In this document: positions 1 through 10,188 of the stretch, piece after piece
Position numbering within the stretch: the stretch's first letter is position 1
Layout: every line of letters begins with the position of its first letter
Source: Abditibacteriaceae bacterium
GTDB lineage: Bacteria; Armatimonadota; Abditibacteriia; Abditibacteriales; Abditibacteriaceae
Length of the DNA: 15,015 nt
Assembly: GCA_031425655.1 (NCBI GenBank)
Contig: JANPJS010000316.1
Location: 1-15,015 of the forward strand
Direction of reading: 5' to 3'
Translations under genes and position numbers: made by a program
Notes under the pieces: generated by a model
What the model was told of the DNA's origin: nothing
Database searches by the model: none
Seen by the model: the letters and a program-made list of their open reading frames with translations, nothing else

Positions 1-13
1 AACCCCATCTTTA

Positions 14-133
14 CAATGGAACCCGGATTACACGTAAACAGCCAGGGGTACATCCGCCCAGTGGGCACCCTATTTCTCTTTTAAATTAACCGCGAAAATC
101 CGTGGCTGTTTCCTTGAAATCCGTGTTCCATTG
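14..133. repeat. Inverted-repeat element (MITE/REP-like) with 31-bp imperfect arms
   Basis: 14-44 CAATGGAACCCGGATTACACGTAAACAGCCA matches the reverse complement of 103-133 (CAATGGAACACGGATTTCAAGGAAACAGCCA) at 27/31 positions, with a 58-bp non-coding spacer. Confidence 0.7.
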
Positions 134-162
134 AACTCTGTGGATACGACAAGCCAAGATTC

Positions 163-1650
163 CTACGATTGTTTGGGCAGGCGCATCTCGATTTGTAAGC
201 CGCCGCCCGGCGCGTTGGCGGCGGTTACGCTGCCGCCGTGTGAGCGAATGGCGCGCTCGGCGATGGCAAGGCCCAATCCGACGCCTCCGCTTTCGCGGTC
301 GCGGGCGGCTTCGACGCGATAAAACGGCTGAAAAATCTGTTTAATCGCCGATTCGGGCACTCCGGGGCCGTAATCGCGCACGCGAATCACGGTTTCGGTT
401 TCGTCACAGCTTAAGCTCACCTCAACCGCCGTGCCCGGCGCGGTATAGCGCGCGGCGTTGCGTATTACGTTTTCAATCGCGCTGGAAAGCAACGATGCCG
501 TGCCTGTTATCTGGCAGGGCTGCGTGCGCGTGATGCGCACGGTGCGTTCTTTGGTTTGCGCTTCGTAATCGGCGTCGGCCACGATTTCGGCGATGAGTTG
601 GGCCAAATCCACGCTTTGCGGTGCGTCGGCATCGTCGCTTTCCAGGCGCGTTAGTTCGAGCAGTTGGCCGATAAGCTCGTTTAAACGCGAAGTTTCGCGC
701 CCGATGCGGTCGAAAGCCGGCGTTATTTCGTCGCCGCTTTTGCCTTGCGCGGCTTGGCGACGAGCGAGAGCCAGCGCCATGCTCAGGCGCGACAGCGGCG
801 AGCGCAATTCGTGCGAAATATCGCCGAGCAATTGGCGCTGCGATTCGACAAGCGTTTGGAGGCGCGCCGCCATTTTGTCGAAGTCGCGGCCCAAATCGGC
901 GACTTCGTCGCGGCGCGGACGTTCTTCGGCGTGCGTTCGTGCCGCCAAGTCGCCTTCGGCCAAACGATGCGTGGCATCGCGCAAAGCCACCAGAGGCGCG
1001 GTCAGATAAGCCACGAGCGCATAGCAAACCAGCCCACTGAGCGACAAAACGATGAGGCTTCCGAAAAACTGCATTCGCGGCTCGGCGGCGGGCCGGCCAA
1101 AATTCGGACGCGGCAGCAGCGCGGCGACGGCGTAGCGATGTCCATCGGCGCCGGGCACGTTTTGCGTGGCGACAACCATCGGCCCGGCGATGTGAAAAAG
1201 CGTGTCCTGCTCTTTGGCCTCGTTTGTGGCCAGGACGCGGCGGCACAAATCGGTAATCAGTGCGGCGCTGGGCGGCTCTCCTTTTCGTGGCGGCCCGCGC
1301 TCTGACCTTTCATCAAAAGGCGGTTCAGAACCGGAATTTCGCGCGCGGCGCCTGCCCGGCGGCAAAGGAATTCCTGAAAGCTCTCGTCCTTGCTCATCGA
1401 AAAGCCAGAAACGGCCATCGGCGCGTTCGCCGGCAGCATCCAGCGCATCGGCTAAAGCCTCCGGGCCGTCTTTTTTCAGCGTGACAATGGCGGACGCTCC
1501 AATTCCGCCCAGCAAAGTGCCGACGGTATCGCGCCACGGGCCGGGCAGAGGATCAGCGCGCGTAGTCAAAACCACGAAGTAAAGCGCCAGCCCGATGAGA
1601 ACCATCGCGCCCCAAAACCAACCGAAGATTTTCCAGAAAAGACGGCGCAT
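163..1650 (-). CDS. cpxA: CpxA-like sensor histidine kinase (2 TM, HAMP, HisKA, HATPase_c)
   Basis: N-terminal 'LFWKIFGWFW' TM segment, second TM, HAMP 'RRDEVADLGRDFDKMA', H-box 'DISHELRSPLSR', N-box 'AIENVIRNAARY', G1 'DYGPGV', F 'IFQPFYR', G2 'GGVGLGLAIA'. The symbol denotes subfamily resemblance, not proven orthology. Confidence 0.93.
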   Translation of the reverse strand: MRRLFWKIFGWFWGAMVLIGLALYFVVLTTRADPLPGPWRDTVGTLLGGIGASAIVTLKKDGPEALADALDAAGERADGRFWLFDEQGRELSGIPLPPGRRRARNSGSEPPFDERSERGPPRKGEPPSAALITDLCRRVLATNEAKEQDTLFHIAGPMVVATQNVPGADGHRYAVAALLPRPNFGRPAAEPRMQFFGSLIVLSLSGLVCYALVAYLTAPLVALRDATHRLAEGDLAARTHAEERPRRDEVADLGRDFDKMAARLQTLVESQRQLLGDISHELRSPLSRLSMALALARRQAAQGKSGDEITPAFDRIGRETSRLNELIGQLLELTRLESDDADAPQSVDLAQLIAEIVADADYEAQTKERTVRITRTQPCQITGTASLLSSAIENVIRNAARYTAPGTAVEVSLSCDETETVIRVRDYGPGVPESAIKQIFQPFYRVEAARDRESGGVGLGLAIAERAIRSHGGSVTAANAPGGGLQIEMRLPKQS

Positions 1651-1654
1651 GAGG

Positions 1655-1720
1655 GAATTACGAGTGACGAGTGACGAATTACGAGTGAAGATTCGTAATT
1701 CGTCACTCGTAATTCGTCAC
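1655..1720. repeat. Inverted array of heptamer tandem repeats (GAATTAC/GAGTGAC) forming a hairpin
   Basis: GAATTAC-GAGTGAC-GAGTGAC-GAATTAC-GAGTGAA (1655-1689), then the reverse-complement units GTAATTC-GTCACTC-GTAATTC-GTCAC (1695-1720). A perfect 18-bp stem pairs 1667-1684 with 1693-1710. Confidence 0.85.
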
Positions 1721-2419
1721 TGTGTAAACGTAGCCGATGCTACGCACGGTTTTGATGCGCTCCTGATCGTTGGGATAGGGGCCGAGCTTGCGGCGCAAAC
1801 GGCTGATGTGCGTGTCTACGCTGCGGTCGAAACTGGCTAACTTGCGATCCAGAACCTCGCGCGTGATTTGCTCGCGCGTGACAACGCTGCCGACGGCGCG
1901 CAGCAGCATAACCAAAATATCGAATTCCACCGCCGTTAGCACTACGATTTCAGCGCCGCGCCGCGCCGAACGGGCACCTAAATCCACGGATACGTCGTCG
2001 GCGCGCAGTAATTCGCGCCGCGTGGCGACGGTTTCCTCAACGGGCACACGAGCGCGTCGCAAAATCGCGCGCATCCGCGCCACGAGTTCGCGCTCGTCGA
2101 AGGGCTTGGCTAAATAATCGTCGGCGCCGACTTCCAATCCGACGATGCGATCTACGGTTTGGCCGCGCGCCGTCAGCATCAGCACCGGCGTGGTCGCCGC
2201 CGCGCCTTTGGCGCTGCGCAAACGCCGCAAAACCTCGAAGCCGTTCAGGCCCGGCAGCATGACATCCAATAAAACGATGTCGAACGCCCCGCTTTGAAGG
2301 CGCTCGACGCCGCTCAGGCCGTCGTGAACCGCCGTCACCGCGAAGGCTTCGGGCGCCAGATATTCCGCCACCATTTCGCAGAGTTCCACGTCGTCGTCAA
2401 TCATCAGCACGTTGGCCAC
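1703..2419 (-). CDS. cpxR: OmpR-family response regulator, CpxR-like
   Basis: Receiver motifs 'MIDDD', 'LLDVMLP', 'MLTARG', 'GADDYLAKPF'; winged helix 'FDRSVDTHISRLRRKL...IKTVRSIGY'. The start is placed at GTG 2419, downstream of an AGGTGA SD-like sequence, rather than the 2458 given in the ORF track. Confidence 0.93.
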   Translation of the reverse strand: MANVLMIDDDVELCEMVAEYLAPEAFAVTAVHDGLSGVERLQSGAFDIVLLDVMLPGLNGFEVLRRLRSAKGAAATTPVLMLTARGQTVDRIVGLEVGADDYLAKPFDERELVARMRAILRRARVPVEETVATRRELLRADDVSVDLGARSARRGAEIVVLTAVEFDILVMLLRAVGSVVTREQITREVLDRKLASFDRSVDTHISRLRRKLGPYPNDQERIKTVRSIGYVYTVTNYE

Positions 2420-2474
2420 GATTTCATCACCTGCCTTGCAGTTTACGGCGCGTGCCAAGCCCTCGTGACCCGAC

Positions 2475-2490
2475 TTTACATTTATTCACA
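2475..2490 (-). promoter_or_regulatory. CpxR-type direct-repeat operator in the divergent promoter
   Basis: The minus strand reads GTGAA-TAAAT-GTAAA, a 9/10 match to the E. coli CpxR box GTAAA-N5-GTAAA. It lies between the cpxR-like and spy/cpxP-like genes. Confidence 0.6.
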
Positions 2491-2556
2491 CTTCGGCCAC
2501 GCTTGTTCGCACGCCGTTCAGCCTTTCGCTAAATGGCGGGTGCCAGAATATATTTC

Positions 2557-3048
2557 ATGAAAAACGTCAAGATAGACCCTTTGGGCACAGCGATGAGCGC
2601 GATTTTCGTGGCCGCCAGCATAGGATTGCTGCTGACGCTGCCGACGGTCGCGCAGCCTTCAAACGAGTCTGGAACGCGGAGCACAGCGCCACGCCGTCCG
2701 GCACAAAACAGTGCCCGCCCCGACGATATCGGTGGCCCGCCACCTCATCCCGGCAGCCCGCACAGCGACGGTAAAGCTCACGGGCGGATGCTGGGCGATA
2801 TGCTGCGCGGTCTGGATTTAGACGGAAAACAGCAGGGTGCTGTGAATACGTTGATGGAAAGCGAGCGCAAGCAAATGGACGCTCTGCACAAGCAGATTCA
2901 GCAGCTTCACCAGAAAACACGCAACGCCGTGGACACGCTTCTCAGCGCCGCGCAACGCCAGAAGCTGGAACAAATGGAAAAAGAAATGGAGCGCAATCGG
3001 CCCGACGGCCCGCCTCCCGGTGGGCCGCAAGATGGCCCGCCTCGCTGA
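2557..3048 (+). CDS. Spy/CpxP (LTXXQ-like) family periplasmic protein
   Basis: Signal peptide ending '...LPTVA|Q', two LTXXQ-like motifs ('LDLDGKQQ', 'LLSAAQRQKL') bracketing a helical segment, and divergent position from cpxRA as in the cpxP arrangement. The start may be 2557 or 2593. Confidence 0.75.
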   Translation: MKNVKIDPLGTAMSAIFVAASIGLLLTLPTVAQPSNESGTRSTAPRRPAQNSARPDDIGGPPPHPGSPHSDGKAHGRMLGDMLRGLDLDGKQQGAVNTLMESERKQMDALHKQIQQLHQKTRNAVDTLLSAAQRQKLEQMEKEMERNRPDGPPPGGPQDGPPR

Positions 3049-3123
3049 TTTTTGGCCGGTGCCGTAACAATTTTTGATTCTTAACCTTCGGGTTTTGAGA
3101 AAAGCAACACAAGGAGCAACACG

Positions 3124-3756
3124 ATGAAACACAACGCATGGATGGGCGGTTTAGCAATCGCACTGTGTTTGAACACCGTCGGGCTGACAGGCGCCGTCTC
3201 GGCACCGACGACGGGCAGCCCCACGGCCACGCCGACCAAGCCGCCGCCGCTTCCCAAGCCGGGAACGTTGGGTAAAGGCTTGGTCGAAAAGCTCGAAGCC
3301 AAATTAGGCCGTTCCTTGAGCGACACTGAGAAGCAGGAACTGGGCGCCGCTGTGAAAACCGCCGAAGACGCCTTAAAAGACGCGCAGGACGAATCCATCG
3401 CCGCGATTGCCGAAGCGACCGGCCTTTCGCTGGAGCAAGTTAAAACCGCTTTGAAAGACCCGGCGCTGTTGAGAAACCTCGAAAAACAGTTGGCGCGTAA
3501 GCTGACAACAACGGAGCGCAACGCCATCCGCGCCGCGCTGATGGCCCGCGCCGCCGCCTCGAAAGCCGCGATGGACGAGTTCATCGCCACCATCGCCAGC
3601 CTCACCGGCCTGACCGAAGACGAAGTCAAAGACGTGCTAAAGCCGCCGCCGCCACCGAAGCCGCCAACCGACGGCGGCACTCAGCCGCCCGCCCCAAAGT
3701 GCCCGAATCCCGGCGGCCCGCGCAACGGCCCGCCGCCGAGTGGCGATGCAGCCTGA
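3124..3756 (+). CDS. Exported hypothetical protein with a tandem duplicated ~60-aa helical domain and Pro-rich termini
   Basis: AGGAG RBS, signal peptide ending 'AVSA', residues 57-111 and 119-173 aligning ungapped at 25/55 identity, and a terminator directly downstream. Confidence 0.8.
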   Translation: MKHNAWMGGLAIALCLNTVGLTGAVSAPTTGSPTATPTKPPPLPKPGTLGKGLVEKLEAKLGRSLSDTEKQELGAAVKTAEDALKDAQDESIAAIAEATGLSLEQVKTALKDPALLRNLEKQLARKLTTTERNAIRAALMARAAASKAAMDEFIATIASLTGLTEDEVKDVLKPPPPPKPPTDGGTQPPAPKCPNPGGPRNGPPPSGDAA

Positions 3757-3774
3757 TTCGCTATTCGTATCAAT

Positions 3775-3820
3775 GAGAAACGCCCCGGAATCGCAAGATT
3801 TCGGGGCGTTTCTCCTTTTA
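3775..3820. terminator. Intrinsic terminator hairpin between convergent genes, probably bidirectional
   Basis: GAGAAACGCCCCGGAATC-GCAA-GATTTCGGGGCGTTTCTC followed by CTTTT, with a GNRA tetraloop. Confidence 0.8.
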
Positions 3821-4855
3821 GGCGGCGTAAAGAAATCGGAGGAAAAACGAACGCAAGGCCGTGTTCGCTGTCTCGTCGGGCGCGTGTGTGCGGCGGTTTG
3901 TCATTGCGATGCGCGGCTCTTTGATGCTAAGCAACCCATTCACGGCACGCGCATGGTTGAGAGCAATCCAGCGTTCGACGGGGTCTTCGCTGCCACCACT
4001 AATTAGAAAAGGTCGGGGGCAGATGAGAGCGTGCAGATCAGTCAGGTCACGTCTATCGCCCACCAATTGTGCATAAGCGCCGGTGCGCGGATTCCGCTCG
4101 CTGGGAATACCCGGCTCCCGCTGAAATGACTCGTCGTAGCCAAGATACCACGGTTCCCAGTAGTTCACATTGGCGCGCGATTCATCCCACACGATGCCGC
4201 AGTCACTGACCGCCACGGCAGCGAACTTTTCCCATAAAGCCGCTGCAAAGAGCGCCCATTTTCCACCGTAGCTATGCCCTACAATCCCGATGCTCTGCGA
4301 CCTAACCTGTGGCAGCGATGCCAGCAAAGTCCAAGCGTTCGCGGCCACATAGGCATGAAACGAAAGCGGCTGGCACTTCTCTTCGCCAATGTCCGGTTTC
4401 CAGGCGTCTCCGCCGGGTGTGCCGATATTAAGAGTCACAAATCCGGCCCTGACAAGTTGAAGGCCGTAGTCGCGGTGTTCTGCCGAAGAGCCGGCTTTCA
4501 AACCGGCGCTGGTTTCCGGTTCGTAGTAGACGACCAGCACGGCGGGAAAGGAGCCTTCTCCATCGGGCACCAACAGCCAGCCTTCCTGCATCTGACCGGG
4601 AGCGAGTTCCATCCGTAAACGCAAGCGTGAAAAGCCGGCGCCGCGTTCTTCGTAGAGGACAGTAAACGCCGGGTTTTTCAACAACGGCGGCCATGCGCCC
4701 ATCACGCGATGCCAGTAATCGAGGATTTCCTGACGCCGGAGCGGCCATTCTTCTGCACTCGAAACCATAGCGCCACTATCCCACAGCAGGGGCGAGCGAA
4801 ACGCTCCGAACTCGCCCTGCAACTCATCAGGTGCAAGAAAATAAGACGGGTGCAT
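3818..4855 (-). CDS. Alpha/beta hydrolase (dienelactone hydrolase / carbohydrate esterase-like)
   Basis: Nucleophile elbow 'IGIVGHSYGG', 'PAVLVVYY' strand, 'LHALICPRPFLISGGSED' with a candidate acid residue, and a candidate catalytic His in 'RRTHAP'. Confidence 0.85.
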   Translation of the reverse strand: MHPSYFLAPDELQGEFGAFRSPLLWDSGAMVSSAEEWPLRRQEILDYWHRVMGAWPPLLKNPAFTVLYEERGAGFSRLRLRMELAPGQMQEGWLLVPDGEGSFPAVLVVYYEPETSAGLKAGSSAEHRDYGLQLVRAGFVTLNIGTPGGDAWKPDIGEEKCQPLSFHAYVAANAWTLLASLPQVRSQSIGIVGHSYGGKWALFAAALWEKFAAVAVSDCGIVWDESRANVNYWEPWYLGYDESFQREPGIPSERNPRTGAYAQLVGDRRDLTDLHALICPRPFLISGGSEDPVERWIALNHARAVNGLLSIKEPRIAMTNRRTHAPDETANTALRSFFLRFLYAA

Positions 4856-4997
4856 AAATAATTCACGGTCGAATGTTAAGGACTAAATCGAGTGTTTAGG
4901 GACTACACTACAACGCAGTAAACATCCGTAGCGCGCCGCTGACCACAAGTGAGCAGTAATCAAAAAGCGCGTGAAATGACTTGTGTGAGGAGTATTT

Positions 4998-6386
4998 ATG
5001 CAAATAATTGCTGCCCTTTTCTGCTGTCTCCTGATGGCTCTGCCGGTGGTTCAGGCCGCTGAAGCGCTCGTGAACGTCAAACCAAAGGAAAGCAACGAAC
5101 TCTTTGCCAATCCCGGCATGGGCTGGCAGACGTTCCACTATTTCAGTGACACGGATCGTGCGCTTCAAGGGCTGCCGAGCGCCAGTGCTTATTTCCGCTT
5201 CTACTGGCGCGAAATCGAACCAAAGGACGGAGCAATTGATTTCGCTCGCCTTGACGAAATGCTCGCGCATGGCCAGAAAGTCGGACAAAAGGTGGCCTTG
5301 CGCGTGATGTGCACCGGTTCAGAAGATTACGCCGATTCGCCTCTCTGGCTAAAGGAAGCCGGCTGCAAAGGTAACGAAGTGGAGTATTACGAGCGCAAGC
5401 ACTGGCTCCCCGATTTCACAGACCCCGTCTTCCGCGAAAAACATGGTCGGCTTATCCGCGAGCTTGGCAAACGCTACGACGGCCACCCGGCGCTCGATAC
5501 TCTCGACATCGGCACGGTGGGGCTTTGGGGCGAGTGGCACATGAGCGGAGTTAAGGACGTGGCAACAGGAAAATTGATTGGGATGCCGCCGGTAGCTACG
5601 CAAAACGAGATTATTGATCAGTGGTGCGCGGCTTTCCCCAAAACGCCGAAAATGGTCGTGATCGGCGGCGCTGTCGCAATGGCGCGCACCGTGAAGGAAG
5701 GCTTAGGCTGGCGGGCCGATTGCTGGGGCGACATGGGCGGCTTTTCCAAAACCTGGAACCACATGGAAGGGTTTTACCCGCAGGCCATAGTCAAAGGCGG
5801 TGCGGAAGAGGCATGGAAAAAAGCGCCGATTGGCTTTGAGAGTTGCTGGGACATGCGGAGATGGAAGACCGAAGGCTGGAACATTGGCGCGATATTCGAC
5901 TATGCGCTCGCTCACCACGCAAGCTATGTCAACAATAAATCCGCACCGCTGCCCGAAGGAGTGCGCCCGGAAGTGGAGCGTTTCCTGCGTAAGCTGGGCT
6001 ATCGTCTGGTCATCCGCAGCGTGGAACACGCGCCCGGTGTCAGCGCCGGCGAGACGTTCAAACTAAAGATGGTCTGGGAGAATGTAGGTGTGGCGCCGCC
6101 GTATTTTGACTATCATTTAGCGCTGCGCCTCAAACGAGCCGGCGCAGTGCCATTGATACTCCCCAGCAAAGAGTCTATTCGCGGTTGGCTGCCCGGAACC
6201 CGTGCTTTGGAAGCATCTTTTGCTCTTCCTGCCGGTCTGACACCGGGCCTCTATGAGATTGCAGTCGGGATAGTTGAGCCGCAGGGCGATAAGCCCGCAG
6301 TGCGCCTCGCCATCGAAGGGCGCGACGCGCAGGGATGGTATCCGCTCAGCAGCGTGCAGGCGACGGCTGCAAATCCGAACCGATGA
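4998..6386 (+). CDS. Secreted DUF4832-type protein with a GH42/GH35-like N-terminal TIM-barrel region
   Basis: GAGGAG RBS, signal peptide 'VVQA|A', and motifs 'NPGMGW', 'YFRFYWREIEP..GAIDF', 'RYDGHP', 'GLWGEWH', 'KLGYRL', 'WENVGVAPPY'. Confidence 0.8.
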   Translation: MQIIAALFCCLLMALPVVQAAEALVNVKPKESNELFANPGMGWQTFHYFSDTDRALQGLPSASAYFRFYWREIEPKDGAIDFARLDEMLAHGQKVGQKVALRVMCTGSEDYADSPLWLKEAGCKGNEVEYYERKHWLPDFTDPVFREKHGRLIRELGKRYDGHPALDTLDIGTVGLWGEWHMSGVKDVATGKLIGMPPVATQNEIIDQWCAAFPKTPKMVVIGGAVAMARTVKEGLGWRADCWGDMGGFSKTWNHMEGFYPQAIVKGGAEEAWKKAPIGFESCWDMRRWKTEGWNIGAIFDYALAHHASYVNNKSAPLPEGVRPEVERFLRKLGYRLVIRSVEHAPGVSAGETFKLKMVWENVGVAPPYFDYHLALRLKRAGAVPLILPSKESIRGWLPGTRALEASFALPAGLTPGLYEIAVGIVEPQGDKPAVRLAIEGRDAQGWYPLSSVQATAANPNR

Positions 6387-6463
6387 TGTAGGCTCTGCTT
6401 CCAAACCCCGCCGTGTAAGGCGAGGGTCTCATTTGACAGGCCAGATTTCTACGGGGCAATCAA

Positions 6464-9790
<3,327 letters not shown>

Positions 9791-9794
<4 letters not shown>

Positions 9795-10003
9795 GCAATC
9801 CAAAGAAGAAAAAAGCACGGCTCACGTTCGGTAAAGGCAGTAGCGCCTTGACGCACATGGATGAGTTCATGGAAGAACACGCCGGCGAAATAGAGGAACT
9901 TAACCGGCGTTTCGGAAAAGCCGATAAAGCTGAACTGAGCGACGGCAGAAAGGCTAACACCGTGAACGCTCCAACCACTGTCCCAGTCCAAAAAGCCGCT
10001 TGA
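9791..10003 (+). CDS. Small hypothetical protein (70 aa) with basic N-terminus and acidic core
   Basis: ATGA overlap with the upstream stop, GGGAG RBS at 9778-9782, and a stop codon running directly into the terminator. Confidence 0.65.
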
Positions 10004-10042
10004 AAGCGCCCCGCGTCAATGTTGACGCGGGGCGCTTTCTTT
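10002..10042 (+). terminator. Intrinsic terminator ending the thiC-JAB-small ORF unit
   Basis: GAAAGCGCCCCGCGTCAA-TG-TTGACGCGGGGCGCTTTC is an 18-bp perfect inverted repeat followed by TTT. Confidence 0.85.
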
Positions 10043-10103
10043 AAGTGCGCCAGAGCCGCAAAGAGTTAATGTGCTACCACACCTCCCGCTTTTTTGTGGC
10101 ACC

Positions 10104-10134
10104 TTGTATCCTTATAAAGCGAATGAGTTATACT
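10104..10134 (+). promoter_or_regulatory. Possible sigma70 promoter for the NYN gene
   Basis: TTGTAT (10104-10109) and TATACT (10129-10134). The 19-nt spacer is longer than optimal. Confidence 0.35.
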
Positions 10135-10188
10135 CGGCTAATTTTTTGAGGGACTCGTTTCGATAGATAATTCCGGAGGATGCAAAAC

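Noticed and set aside
473..1305. Alternative-frame ORFs within the kinase gene (473-1246 -, 745-1305 +)
   Set aside because: They are Arg/Ala-rich off-frame translations fully inside a well-supported CDS.
1655..1720. Possible CRISPR array
   Set aside because: The units are 7 bp and contiguous, with no unique spacers, and no cas genes are present.
3081..3680. 199-aa antisense ORF
   Set aside because: It mirrors 3124-3756, which has the RBS, signal peptide and terminator.
6388..6453. Possible degenerate GTAG...CTAC REP with an inner hairpin ACCCCGCC/GGCGAGGGT between convergent genes
   Set aside because: Arm pairing is too imperfect and there is no U-tract, so it cannot be supported from this window alone.
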